Of a stretch of DNA of 64,000 bases, positions 1 through 9,648 are shown one piece after another (within the stretch, counting starts at the first letter, position 1; the number at the start of each line of letters is the position of its first letter). The position numbers were made by a program, and so were the translations under genes. The stretch is from Nitrospirota bacterium (GTDB taxonomy: Bacteria > Nitrospirota > Thermodesulfovibrionia > Thermodesulfovibrionales > Dissulfurispiraceae), in assembly GCA_040758355.1 (NCBI GenBank), contig JBFLWF010000006.1:32001-96000 (forward strand). The letters are read 5' to 3'. The notes under the pieces were generated by a model. That model had not been told where the DNA came from and ran no database searches. It saw only the letters and a list, made by a program, of their open reading frames with translations.

Positions 1-521
1 CCGTTATAGATTATCATTATCTTGTCTTTATGCACGGCATAGTGCCTTATGATCTGCTCCCTCACCATCTTTGAATTGGCAATTATAAGTTTTGTATTTT
101 CGAAGAGTTTTTTTTCGAGATTAAGAATCGCTATATGAAGCGGATTTATTCTGAAAGAGAGTTTTTTGTAAAACGGCCCGGTCTTTGACCTTATCTGAAG
201 CCACTCTGCATGGCATCCTTCGCCGGCCCTGTATATGTCCTGGCATGTCGTCCTCTCAAAACTTATAATATAATCGTAGACCATTGACCCTTGACCCTTA
301 ACCCTTGACCTTGCATTGATATCAAATGTCAGCGTGCTGAGGAAAGAGGTGAAGGGAATAATATTAACCTTATGAAATGTTATCCCTTCTTCATCGACCC
401 ATTGATTTGCGAATACATGTATTTCATGGCCTGAATTTTTGAGGTGTTGTATAAGGGTTTGCAGATACCTCTCTGCACCGCCATGGATAGAGAACTTCTT
501 TTTTATGAATGCAAGCCTCAA
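1..521 (-). CDS. Glycosyltransferase family 4 (RfaG/WaaG-like), 3' end outside window
   Basis: TTG start at 521 overlaps the stop of the upstream GT2. Reads MRLAFIKKKFSIHGGAERY...SFERTTCQDIYRAGEGCH, a typical GT4 N-terminus, and stays open to the window edge. Confidence 0.8.
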   Translation of the reverse strand, partial: MRLAFIKKKFSIHGGAERYLQTLIQHLKNSGHEIHVFANQWVDEEGITFHKVNIIPFTSFLSTLTFDINARSRVKGQGSMVYDYIISFERTTCQDIYRAGEGCHAEWLQIRSKTGPFYKKLSFRINPLHIAILNLEKKLFENTKLIIANSKMVREQIIRHYAVHKDKIMIIYN

Positions 522-1273
522 CTTTTAGTCTTCTCCAGTGTCTTTGCATACTTTAAGAATGTGTAAAAGCCATAGAGCACAGCAAGCATTAAGCCGTGCA
601 ATCCGTCTCTGAAGCCCTGCTTGAGGAAGAACATCTTTATAAAGGTGAAGGCAGGGCTTATTATCATCTTGAGAGCCATGAAAGTAGAAGAAGGATGGGG
701 ATTTTTGAGGAGTATTTCCTGTGCAGAGAGCGTGGAATAGCTTTCCATTTTTTTAATATAATCAGAGATCGTCCTGTACGTATAATGCTCCAGAGGGTTT
801 TTCAGATAGTCCACAGGACCTTTAACGATAACCTTTTCATGGACTTCCCTTTGTTCTACGAAAGATAGATCTTTTTTGAAAAGTCTCACGGTATAATCAG
901 GCCACCATCCGCTGTGTCTTATCCATTTGCCGAGGAAGAAATTCTTTCTCGGGATATAAAAACCGGCAGACCTCTCTATCGCTATTTTTTCCATAATCTC
1001 TGCCTTAAGCTCAGGCGTGACCCTTTCGTCAGCATCGAGGATTAGAACCCACGGCTTTTTTGCATAATCCACAGCCATTTGCTTCTGCCTTGCATATCCC
1101 TGCCATTCATGCTGAAACACCTTACTCGTGTATTGCCTGCATATCTCTACTGTTCTGTCCTCGCTGAAGGAGTCGACAATAACAATGTCCTCAAAATCCT
1201 TTACGCTTTCGAGGGCATCGCCTATGTTTTTCTCTTCGTTCTTTGTTACTATGACAACAGAAACGGGTATCAA
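518..1273 (-). CDS. Glycosyltransferase family 2 (KdtX/WaaE-like)
   Basis: SVVIVTKNEE, DSFSEDRT, LDADE and VHEKV motifs. Confidence 0.9.
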   Translation of the reverse strand: MIPVSVVIVTKNEEKNIGDALESVKDFEDIVIVDSFSEDRTVEICRQYTSKVFQHEWQGYARQKQMAVDYAKKPWVLILDADERVTPELKAEIMEKIAIERSAGFYIPRKNFFLGKWIRHSGWWPDYTVRLFKKDLSFVEQREVHEKVIVKGPVDYLKNPLEHYTYRTISDYIKKMESYSTLSAQEILLKNPHPSSTFMALKMIISPAFTFIKMFFLKQGFRDGLHGLMLAVLYGFYTFLKYAKTLEKTKS

Positions 1274-1347
1274 TTCTTCCCCTAACAGTGGATTTTAAAA
1301 TCTAATTTTTTTATTATATCAGATTAGCTCATATGTGAGGTTGTCGC

Positions 1348-2658
1348 ATGACAGAAGATTTTGTTTCAGGCAAAAAAAAGATAGCGGTTGTAGGACTCGG
1401 ATATGTAGGGCTCCCTCTTTGCGTTGGTTTTGGAAGGGTCTTTAGAGGAGTAATAGGCTTTGATATAAGCGAATCGAGGATAAATGAATTGAAATCAGGC
1501 AATGACTGGACACTTGAGGTCTCATCTGAGGACATTAAAAAAACATCTGTTGAGTTTACTGCCAATCCCCGGACATTAAAAAATGCCGGTGTGATAATCA
1601 TTGCAGTCCCCACACCCATAAACTCCCACAATATCCCTGATCTTAGACCCCTTGAATCGGCTTCGGAAATAGTGGGCAGTAATATGTCAAAGGGAACTAT
1701 AGTTGTATATGAATCAACAGTATATCCCGGAGTGACAGAAGACATCTGCGGCCATATCCTTGAAAAGTATTCAGGGCTGAAGGCCGGCATAGACTTTAAG
1801 CTGGGATACTCACCGGAGAGGATAAACCCCGGGGACAAGATTCATACACTCGAAAATATCGTGAAGGTTGTTGCAGGACAGGACAATGAGACAACAGAAC
1901 TTCTCGCCGGGATATACGGAAAGGTGGTAAAGGCAGGAATTTATAAGGCACGGAATATAAAGACAGCAGAGGCAGCAAAGGTTATCGAGAACATACAGAG
2001 GGATCTTAATATAGCATTGATCAATGAGCTTTCCATAATCTTTCATAAGCTCGGTCTCGATACGAGGGAAGTGCTCGATGCTGCAAAGACCAAATGGAAT
2101 TTTCTTCCTTTTGAGCCAGGTCTCGTAGGGGGGCACTGCATAGGTGTCGATCCTTACTATCTAACCTTTAAGGCGCAGGAGGTCGGCTATCATCCGGAGG
2201 TTATCCTTGCGGGCAGGCGGATAAACGATTACATGGGCAAGTATATTGCCGAACAGACAATAAAGGAGTTGATAAAGGCACAGGTTGCTGTCAAGGGAAG
2301 CAAGGTATTGCTTATGGGATTTACCTTTAAGGAGAATGTAAAGGATGTCAGAAATACAAGGGTGATCGATATATACAATGAACTTAAAGATTACGGCGTC
2401 AGCCCGTTTGTCTATGACCCGGAAGCCGACAGGGAAGAAGTGCGCTTAGAATACGGTATCGATATAATCGAAAGTCCTGAGGGTTCCTCACCTTATGACG
2501 GTATCATTGTGACTGTAAAGCATGATGAATTCAAAGAGTTTTCTGTTGAATATCTGAGTTCTCTGTGCGGGAACAGCAGTCCTGTTCTTATTGACGTAAA
2601 AGGACTCTTTAATGGAGATGTTTTAGAATTGGCAGGTTTCAGATACTGGAGACTTTAA
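1348..2658 (+). CDS. Nucleotide-sugar (UDP-GlcNAc/GalNAc) dehydrogenase, WbpO/TviB type
   Basis: GLGYVGLP Rossmann motif, [29 protein letters not shown]. Confidence 0.92.
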   Translation: MTEDFVSGKKKIAVVGLGYVGLPLCVGFGRVFRGVIGFDISESRINELKSGNDWTLEVSSEDIKKTSVEFTANPRTLKNAGVIIIAVPTPINSHNIPDLRPLESASEIVGSNMSKGTIVVYESTVYPGVTEDICGHILEKYSGLKAGIDFKLGYSPERINPGDKIHTLENIVKVVAGQDNETTELLAGIYGKVVKAGIYKARNIKTAEAAKVIENIQRDLNIALINELSIIFHKLGLDTREVLDAAKTKWNFLPFEPGLVGGHCIGVDPYYLTFKAQEVGYHPEVILAGRRINDYMGKYIAEQTIKELIKAQVAVKGSKVLLMGFTFKENVKDVRNTRVIDIYNELKDYGVSPFVYDPEADREEVRLEYGIDIIESPEGSSPYDGIIVTVKHDEFKEFSVEYLSSLCGNSSPVLIDVKGLFNGDVLELAGFRYWRL

Positions 2659-2660
2659 AA

Positions 2661-3647
2661 CTACCCGCCTATCTTCGACATAGGTTTCAGGTGCGTAAAG
2701 CACTTCTCGTGGTTTATGGAATGCCCTTCGGGCTTTATTTCGATGGAAAGCCTTAAGAGCCTCTCGATTTCTTCATCTGATGCGCCGCATCTCATTGCTG
2801 ATTTCAAATCGATCTCTGTTTCAGAGAACAGACACGGCCTGAGCTTTCCATCGGATGTTAATCTCAGCCGGTTGCATGAATTGCAGAAATGATGGGTTAT
2901 AGGGCTTATGAATCCTACAACTCCAGGCGCTCCCTCGAATCTGAAATATCTTGCAGGGCCGGATCTCCTGATCTTCACAGGAATCAGCGGCGCAATTTTT
3001 GATGCCCTCTCCTTTATTTCCTCTGTGGATATGTATTTTTCGTGGTCCCAGATTTCCTTTGCGCCTATGGGCATGAACTCTATGAATCTCACATTATAGG
3101 AGGTCTTTAATGTCAGTCTCGCAAATTCCTCTATCTCATCATCATTGAATCCTCTTATCGGAACCATGTTTATTTTTATAGGCAGAAGCCCAGCGTTTTC
3201 TGCCTCGTGGATTCCTTCCAGCACACTGTTTATATCCCCTCCCCTTGTTATCTCCCTGTATCTCTCCGGGCGGAGGGAATCAAGGCTTACATTGACCCTC
3301 CTTAATCCTGCTGATGCAAGGGATTGGGCATATTTCTTAAGCAAAAGGCCGTTAGTGGTGAGGCTTATATCCTCGATGCCTTCTATGCTGTTTATGGATG
3401 AGACTAAATAAGGAAGGTCTTTTCTTATGAGAGGCTCTCCGCCTGTGAGTCTTATCTTTCTTACGCCCAGACCTGCTGCAATCCTGACTATCCTTATAAT
3501 CTCTTCATAGCCGAGGATATCTTTATGCTCGATCGGTTTTATGCCTTCCGAGGGCATGCAGTAGATGCATCTGAGGTTGCAGCGATCGATGATGGAGATG
3601 CGCATGTAATCGATAATGCGCTCGTATTTGTCTTTTATCAGGCTCAT
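2661..3647 (-). CDS. moaA: GTP 3',8-cyclase MoaA
   Basis: CNLRCIYC radical-SAM motif, C-terminal CNSCNRLRL...PCL cluster, ends IGG. Confidence 0.96.
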   Translation of the reverse strand: MSLIKDKYERIIDYMRISIIDRCNLRCIYCMPSEGIKPIEHKDILGYEEIIRIVRIAAGLGVRKIRLTGGEPLIRKDLPYLVSSINSIEGIEDISLTTNGLLLKKYAQSLASAGLRRVNVSLDSLRPERYREITRGGDINSVLEGIHEAENAGLLPIKINMVPIRGFNDDEIEEFARLTLKTSYNVRFIEFMPIGAKEIWDHEKYISTEEIKERASKIAPLIPVKIRRSGPARYFRFEGAPGVVGFISPITHHFCNSCNRLRLTSDGKLRPCLFSETEIDLKSAMRCGASDEEIERLLRLSIEIKPEGHSINHEKCFTHLKPMSKIGG

Positions 3648-3710
3648 TTAGTTCCCAAATCCAGCGATAAGGATAAGTCTCTTTTGTTCAGAGACCCATC
3701 CTTATCGCAG

Positions 3711-4655
3711 TTACTTTTTCTTTTTCTTTGTACTGCTCTTAGTCCCCGCATTGTTTTTAGAGAGCAGTTCTGCAATCTTCTTCTCTGCGAGATCCGCTTC
3801 ACGTGAGTTTGGATACTTCTCCATGACCTTTTCCAGAAGTACCTTGCCTGTCTTTTTGTCTCCCATTTCCACAAAGGCGAATGCCTGTTTCAGCATCGCA
3901 CCTTTTGTCTTTTCGTGGTTCGGATATTTTTTCAGAAACGCCTCGTATGCGAGTATGGCGTCTTCGTATTTCTTATCGGCATAGTAGGATTCGCCGAGCC
4001 AGAAATAAGAGTTCGGCGCTAAGGCATGCTTTGGAAAGTCCTTTGAAAACTTTTCGAACTTTTGTCTCGCATCCACATACCGCTTTTCCTTAAAATCTAT
4101 CTGGGCATCGTCATATAGTTTTTGGGGGTCGGTGGTGTCTGCAGCCTTCTGGTCTTTTGCTTCGGGCTGTGCTGCCTCTGCATCTTTATGGCCTTCCTGA
4201 ACTGCTGATGTCTCTTTCTTTTCTGCGGGCTGGCTGCTGATTTTTGATTTGAGCTCCTTCAGTTCATTTTCGAGACCTGCTATTTTAGCCTGCTGCAATT
4301 CCCTCTCGGAGAGCAGGTCTTTTATGGTTTTGTCCATAAAGTATTTATTTTCATCAAAACGGCCTTTTAGCGTCTGTAGTTCCTTTGATAGATCTGAAGT
4401 CTGGATTAAAATGGATGACTGACTCTCTTTCATTGCGCTCAGGGAATACTCCTTGAGAGTGGTTATGTCCTTTGATATATTCGAGAGTTCGGTCTTTATC
4501 TGGGCAATCTCTTTTTTCTGATTTATGGACTCCACCTGAAGACCCGTAACATTATTTTTTAGATTGTCGATGTCAGAAGTGGTTGCACAGCCGGCAATCA
4601 AAAACAGAGCAGTAGTGCAATAGCCCAGCAGAGCAATAGTCTTCTGTCTCATCAC
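3711..4655 (-). CDS. cpoB: Tol-Pal system TPR lipoprotein YbgF/CpoB
   Basis: Lipobox IAGC, coiled coil, C-terminal TPR ([13 protein letters not shown]); directly downstream of pal. Confidence 0.85.
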   Translation of the reverse strand: MMRQKTIALLGYCTTALFLIAGCATTSDIDNLKNNVTGLQVESINQKKEIAQIKTELSNISKDITTLKEYSLSAMKESQSSILIQTSDLSKELQTLKGRFDENKYFMDKTIKDLLSERELQQAKIAGLENELKELKSKISSQPAEKKETSAVQEGHKDAEAAQPEAKDQKAADTTDPQKLYDDAQIDFKEKRYVDARQKFEKFSKDFPKHALAPNSYFWLGESYYADKKYEDAILAYEAFLKKYPNHEKTKGAMLKQAFAFVEMGDKKTGKVLLEKVMEKYPNSREADLAEKKIAELLSKNNAGTKSSTKKKKK

Positions 4656-5239
4656 CTGCCCCCTTCAACAAGTACAAAGTGCGCCCTTCTGTTTTTTGCC
4701 CAGCACTCTTCTGTCTGTTCGGCACAAAGGGATTTTTCTTCACCATAGCTTATTGTCTCGACCTTGCCTGAGGGGATGCCGAGTGATATAAGATACTCCT
4801 TTGCAGAGTTTGCCCTTCTGTCCCCGAGTCCGAGGTTGTATTCATTTGTGCCCCTTTCGTCACAGTGCCCTTCAATAATCACCTTTATGTCTTTATTCCT
4901 TGAGAGTATGGCTGACACCTCTTTCAATACAGGTTTTGCATCGTCCTTTATGTCATACCTGTCGTAATCAAAGCGAATATCCTGAATCCGTGTCTGGAGC
5001 TCCTTGAGCGTAGGCTGAACGTCTGCCGGCTGGGCCTTTGACAACTGCTTTTCTGTGATGGATTCTTTGGGAAGCTCCTTTGCGGCAGCAGTATCGGCTG
5101 TTGTTTTTTTATCCTCTGTTTTCATTATTTCAGGCTGTGCAGGAGGCTGCTCAGGTGCCCCGGCTATTTTCCTCTGAGCGCATCCGTTTACCGTAGTGAT
5201 TGCCAAAATGATAAAAATTGCAACACATAAGCGTCTCAT
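4652..5239 (-). CDS. pal: Peptidoglycan-associated lipoprotein Pal
   Basis: Lipobox, [28 protein letters not shown]. Start moved to ATG 5239, which has a GGAGG SD. Confidence 0.93.
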   Translation of the reverse strand: MRRLCVAIFIILAITTVNGCAQRKIAGAPEQPPAQPEIMKTEDKKTTADTAAAKELPKESITEKQLSKAQPADVQPTLKELQTRIQDIRFDYDRYDIKDDAKPVLKEVSAILSRNKDIKVIIEGHCDERGTNEYNLGLGDRRANSAKEYLISLGIPSGKVETISYGEEKSLCAEQTEECWAKNRRAHFVLVEGGR

Positions 5240-5346
5240 CTTTACCTCCAAGGCTTTGGTTTATTCTGTAATTTAGCAAATATCGCATTTCCTATGCAAC
5301 ACCGCTTTGATTGACTACGTATTCCATGTAAGAGTATTATTAAGTA

Positions 5347-6480
5347 ATGCAAAAAAAATCTCTGAATTCCCTTACAGGCAAGCTTATACTTGCAATAGGC
5401 ACAATGATGCTTATTGTGGGCCTTATTTTCGCTTATATATTCATCAAACAAAACCCTGACATTAAGCTTGAGGTTGTGCTGTTTTACGGCGGATTTTTTG
5501 TTGTTGCCATATCCTTCCTCTTGTGTCTGATCCTCTATAATTTCGTTACAAAACCCATATCGCTTCTGGTTGACGGCATGAACAAACTGTCCAGAGGGGA
5601 TATGGACTACAGGATTAACCTGAATACAAAGGATGAGATAGGACTGCTGGCGAACTCCTTCAATTCCATGGTGGGCGAGCTTAAACAGTACAGGGACAAG
5701 ATGGAGAACTGGACAAAGAACCTTGAGGGAGAGGTGCAGAAAAAGACCGCAGAAATAGTCAGGGCGCAGGAGCAATTGATAAATGCTGAGAAGCTGGCAT
5801 CCCTCGGCAGAATGGCTGCAGGCGTGGCCCACGAATTGAACAGCCCTTTAACAGGCATAGTTACTTTTGCCCATTTGATGGTGAAGCGCATGCCTCCGGA
5901 AAATACGCAGGATGCAGAGGATTTGAAGGTCATCATAGATCAGGCAGAGAGGTGTTCGAAGATCGTCAGGGGGCTTCTCGGCTTTTCGAGAAAGACCGCA
6001 TCGGAAAAGGCTCATGTCGATATGAACACATTGATAGAAAACACATTGTCGATGGTAAGGAATCAGGCGAAATTTTACAATATCGCCTTCGATGTCCGGC
6101 TCGATAAATCCATACCCGAGGTAAATGCAGATCCCAACCAGATCCAGCAGGTATTTCTTAACCTCCTTATAAATGCAGCAGATGCAATGGAGGAAAGAGG
6201 GAAGATAGCCATATCATCGAGGATGATAGAGGAGGATGCCGACAGGTTCGTGGAACTCGAATTTACTGATACAGGACCAGGCATTCCAGAAGAGATCAGG
6301 AGCAGGGTGTTCGAGCCTTTCTTTACAACCAAGCCTGCCGGCAAGGGCACAGGGCTCGGGCTTGCCGTAAGCTACGGCATTATCAAAAAACATGAAGGAC
6401 AGATATTCGTAAAAAGCGAACATGGGCAGGGAGCAAGCTTTTTCATTCGCCTGCCTGTAGCTAAAACAGATAAAGGTTAA
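5347..6480 (+). CDS. HAMP-domain sensor histidine kinase
   Basis: Two TM helices, HAMP, AHELNSP H-box, N/G1/F/G2 boxes. Confidence 0.93.
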   Translation: MQKKSLNSLTGKLILAIGTMMLIVGLIFAYIFIKQNPDIKLEVVLFYGGFFVVAISFLLCLILYNFVTKPISLLVDGMNKLSRGDMDYRINLNTKDEIGLLANSFNSMVGELKQYRDKMENWTKNLEGEVQKKTAEIVRAQEQLINAEKLASLGRMAAGVAHELNSPLTGIVTFAHLMVKRMPPENTQDAEDLKVIIDQAERCSKIVRGLLGFSRKTASEKAHVDMNTLIENTLSMVRNQAKFYNIAFDVRLDKSIPEVNADPNQIQQVFLNLLINAADAMEERGKIAISSRMIEEDADRFVELEFTDTGPGIPEEIRSRVFEPFFTTKPAGKGTGLGLAVSYGIIKKHEGQIFVKSEHGQGASFFIRLPVAKTDKG

Positions 6481-6482
6481 AT

Positions 6483-6833
6483 ATGAAACTTAACGACATA
6501 GCAGAACTGATTGATGGACAAATAATTGTCAACAGCGCGGATGGTTCCATAGACATTGTATCGGTCTGCAGCACAGATCTCATGAGCGATGTGCTGAGGT
6601 TTGCTACAAAGGGGTCATTGCTGGTGACTGCCCTGAACCAGTCTCAGGTGATCAGGACTGCCGAAATATCGGATATCCCTGCTGTCTTAATGGTCCTGGG
6701 AAAGAAGATGGAAAGGGAGATGATAGAGCTTGCCATGGAAAAAAATATTGCATTGATGGTGACGCATTTGCCTGCATTTACCGTATGCGGGATGCTGTAT
6801 GCAGGGGGGCTCAGGAGTTGTCTGGAGGATTGA
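6483..6833 (+). CDS. DRTGG-domain protein
   Basis: DLMSDVL...LLVTAL...IRTAEI pattern of the hydrogenase-cluster DRTGG proteins. Confidence 0.75.
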   Translation: MKLNDIAELIDGQIIVNSADGSIDIVSVCSTDLMSDVLRFATKGSLLVTALNQSQVIRTAEISDIPAVLMVLGKKMEREMIELAMEKNIALMVTHLPAFTVCGMLYAGGLRSCLED

Positions 6834-7270
6834 TGAATATAATGGATTCCATAGAGGGCTGCTTTCAGCTCATGGGCGGAGATTTTACAAACGCAGGTAC
6901 TGCCTCGAGCGAATTGAAGAGCACATTATCAAAGCTCGGTGTGTCACAGGAAGTTGTCAGGCGTGCAGCCATTGCTGCATTTGAGGCAGAGATGAACGTC
7001 ATAATACACGCAGTTGCAGGAACCATGCACTATGTGGTCAGCAGCGAAGAGGTAAGGATAACCCTTACAGACATGGGGCCCGGAATAGAGGACATCGAAC
7101 TGGCAATGCAGGAGGGATATTCCACTGCCCCTGACTGGGTAAGGGAGATGGGATGGGGCGCAGGCATGGGACTGCCGAATATAAAAAAGAATGCGGATAG
7201 ATTTAAAATAGATTCTGTGGTGGGTGAGGGCACAACCCTCGAAATAGTCATATATACGAGGAAAGATTAA
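6833..7270 (+). CDS. Anti-sigma regulatory factor / Ser-Thr kinase (RsbT-like)
   Basis: EAEMNVIIHA, DMGPGI, GYST, GAGMGLPN. ATG 6833 overlaps the upstream stop. Confidence 0.85.
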   Translation: MNIMDSIEGCFQLMGGDFTNAGTASSELKSTLSKLGVSQEVVRRAAIAAFEAEMNVIIHAVAGTMHYVVSSEEVRITLTDMGPGIEDIELAMQEGYSTAPDWVREMGWGAGMGLPNIKKNADRFKIDSVVGEGTTLEIVIYTRKD

Positions 7271-7271
7271 T

Positions 7272-7610
7272 ATGCTTAAAGTTAACGACGTTATCGAGAA
7301 AATCGGGCTGGATATAAGGGTAAGCGGCGATATGCACAAACATGTAACAGGATGCTACATAAGCGACCTCCTCTCCGACGTAATGGCTCACAGCAAGGAC
7401 GGAGAACTGTGGATAACCCTCCAGACCCATCCGAATATCGTGGCTGTTGCAGTAATAAAAGGACTTTCATGCATAGTCATAACGAATGGCAGATTCCCTG
7501 AGCCTGACACTGTCAAGAAGGCCGAATCGGAAAACATAACAATTTTAACTACTCCAAAGACAACATTCGAGACAGCAGGACTGCTTTATAATCTCCTAAG
7601 AAGTGAATGA
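7272..7610 (+). CDS. DRTGG-domain protein (second)
   Basis: GCYISDLLSDVMA...LWITLQTHPNIVAVA. Confidence 0.75.
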   Translation: MLKVNDVIEKIGLDIRVSGDMHKHVTGCYISDLLSDVMAHSKDGELWITLQTHPNIVAVAVIKGLSCIVITNGRFPEPDTVKKAESENITILTTPKTTFETAGLLYNLLRSE

Positions 7611-7614
7611 GTAA

Positions 7615-8346
7615 ATGAAGAGATTCATTGCAGACCTGCACATCCACACCTGCCTGTCCCCTTGTGCCGAACTTGATATGACCCCACTCCGTATAATAGA
7701 TGCAGCAGTTAAAAAAGGACTCGATGTAATAGCCATATCAGACCACAACTCGGCAGAGAATGCCGGGATCGCTATGAAGATAGCTCAGGAAAAGGGAATA
7801 AAGGTTCTGCCTGCAATGGAGGTTACATCCTACGAAGAGGCTCATGTCCTCGCCATATTTGATTCCATAGAGAAGGTTATGGGGATGCAGGAGATTGTTT
7901 ATAAGAACCTCCCTGACGGCATAAACGATGAAAGGCTGAGCGGCTATCAGGTGGTGGTCAATGAGAGCGATGAAGTGCTCGGATTCAATAAAAGGATTCT
8001 TTTCGGCGCCACAGGCCTTTCTCTCAATGCCCTTGTTGATGCAATCCATTCCTTTGGAGGGATTGCTGTTGCAAGCCATATAGACAAGGAGATTTTCAGC
8101 GTTGTCTCTCAATTGGGTTTTATTCCAGATGATATTGCATTCGATGCCCTCGAAATCTCGTATAATACAAAAAGGCAAAGGGCTGAGTCCGTGTTCGGGG
8201 TGTACAAATCAATTCCATGGATAACATCATCAGATGCCCATCACCTTAATGACATAGGCAGGAGGACGACCTCGTTTTTCTTAGAGGAACTTTTTTTTGA
8301 AGAGATAAAAAAAGCTTTTAAAGGTGAGAGAAGGATAGAATGGTAA
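7615..8346 (+). CDS. PHP-domain metal-dependent phosphoesterase
   Basis: DLHIHT, ISDHNS, SSDAH motifs. Confidence 0.88.
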   Translation: MKRFIADLHIHTCLSPCAELDMTPLRIIDAAVKKGLDVIAISDHNSAENAGIAMKIAQEKGIKVLPAMEVTSYEEAHVLAIFDSIEKVMGMQEIVYKNLPDGINDERLSGYQVVVNESDEVLGFNKRILFGATGLSLNALVDAIHSFGGIAVASHIDKEIFSVVSQLGFIPDDIAFDALEISYNTKRQRAESVFGVYKSIPWITSSDAHHLNDIGRRTTSFFLEELFFEEIKKAFKGERRIEW

Positions 8347-8364
8347 ATAACTGGCTACAGGCTA

Positions 8365-8455
8365 CTAATTTAAATTCAAAATTGAGCGATTATATATGTC
8401 AGGCACGGCTCAAAGACGCTCTTTTCGCCGCACCTGACATATATTTCTAAATTAG
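8365..8455 (-). repeat. Short tandem-G.A hairpin element (copy S1)
   Basis: ATATATGTCAGG (8392) / CCTGACATATAT (8444) stem. Minus strand reads GGC-GA-AAAGA-gcg-TCTTT-GA-GCC. CAGGCACGGC(T)TCAAAG is shared with the long copy at 36185. Confidence 0.75.
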
Positions 8456-8478
8456 AGCCTCTCAACTTAGGTTAAAAT

Positions 8479-9024
8479 ATGGAAGACCTGTCGCTTCACA
8501 TGCTCGACATTGCAGAGAATTCCATAGATGCAGGCGCCAGCAGGGTGGAAATTAAAATTATCATCAGTGGGGCTGACGACAGACTTATGCTTAAGATAAG
8601 CGATAATGGAAAGGGAATGGATGAAGACATGATAAGGATGGTTAAAGACCCTTTTTTTACAACAAAGACCGTCAGGCAGAGAAAGTTCGGCCTCGGCATA
8701 CCACTTCTTGCACAGGCTGCCGAGGAGTGCAATGGCAAATTCTCCATAGAATCAGAAGTTGGCAAAGGCACGGTTATCACAGCAGAGTTCCAGCACAGCC
8801 ACATAGACATAAAACCACTCGGTGATATAGGCTCAACAATGACAGTACTCATAGGCGGACATCCGGAGATAGATTTTTTGCTCTCCTATGAGAAGGATGG
8901 CTTTTCTTATAAACTTAACACAGCGGAACTGAAGAGGGAATTAAACGATGTGCCCATTAATCTGCCGGATGTTTTAAAATTAATAAGAGAAGACATAAAT
9001 AGCGCCTTGAAAGGAGAAACTTAG
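8479..9024 (+). CDS. HATPase_c domain ATP-binding protein
   Basis: LDIAENSI, DNGKGM, DPFFTT, GLGIP, HSHID..PLGD; no HisKA domain. Confidence 0.85.
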   Translation: MEDLSLHMLDIAENSIDAGASRVEIKIIISGADDRLMLKISDNGKGMDEDMIRMVKDPFFTTKTVRQRKFGLGIPLLAQAAEECNGKFSIESEVGKGTVITAEFQHSHIDIKPLGDIGSTMTVLIGGHPEIDFLLSYEKDGFSYKLNTAELKRELNDVPINLPDVLKLIREDINSALKGET

Positions 9025-9062
9025 ACTGAATTTGAGCGATTCAGGCACTTTAAACTTTAAAA

Positions 9063-9228
9063 ATGGATGGCAGGTGTTCTGAAAAGCCCTTTAATAGCGA
9101 TACCTTAGAGCCGAACCCTCCCGCTGTTTAAGGGCAACTTCAGTATCACTTTTGCATTCAGCGGTATAAACAGGCATCTAATAATCTCATCGCATTATTA
9201 AAGGCTTTGAGGAATACCCGCCATCCAT
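9063..9228 (+). repeat. Long rod-shaped structured element L1 (ncRNA or MITE-like; 6S-like shape)
   Basis: ATGGATGGCAGGTGTTC pairs with GAATACCCGCCATCCAT; inner stems and a central bubble; homologous to 36185-36353. Confidence 0.8.
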
Positions 9229-9276
9229 AATCACTTTAAAATCGCTTAATTGGGGCTTAAAATAGGGAGGGCATAA

Positions 9277-9648
9277 ATGGACAAGGGAAGAATACTCGTG
9301 ATTGACGATGAAGAGATTGTACAGGTGAGCTGCAAGAGAACACTCGTTCCCGAAGGATATGCGGTCGATGCTGCTGCATCGGGCAAAGAGGGTCTTGAGC
9401 TTTTTGAAAAATCCAAATACGACCTTGTGCTCATAGACCTGAAAATGCCGGGTATGGACGGGATAGAGGTACTGGTAAATATAAAGAGACAACGCCCGGA
9501 GCAGAATGTGATGATAATGACAGGCTACGATACTGTCGAGCATATAGTCGAATCCATATCATCGGGCGCTGCCCATTATCTCGAAAAACCCTTTACACCC
9601 GATACATTGATCGAAAGGATAAAAGAGGTGCTTGGCCAGGAGATGTAA
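9277..9648 (+). CDS. Single-domain response regulator
   Basis: LVIDDE, DLKMPGMDG, KPF. Confidence 0.92.
   Translation: MDKGRILVIDDEEIVQVSCKRTLVPEGYAVDAAASGKEGLELFEKSKYDLVLIDLKMPGMDGIEVLVNIKRQRPEQNVMIMTGYDTVEHIVESISSGAAHYLEKPFTPDTLIERIKEVLGQEM

Noticed and set aside
9063..9228. Firm 6S RNA or riboswitch call
   Set aside because: No riboswitch consensus recognised, no convincing promoter, and short relatives suggest a repeat family; kept only as a hypothesis.
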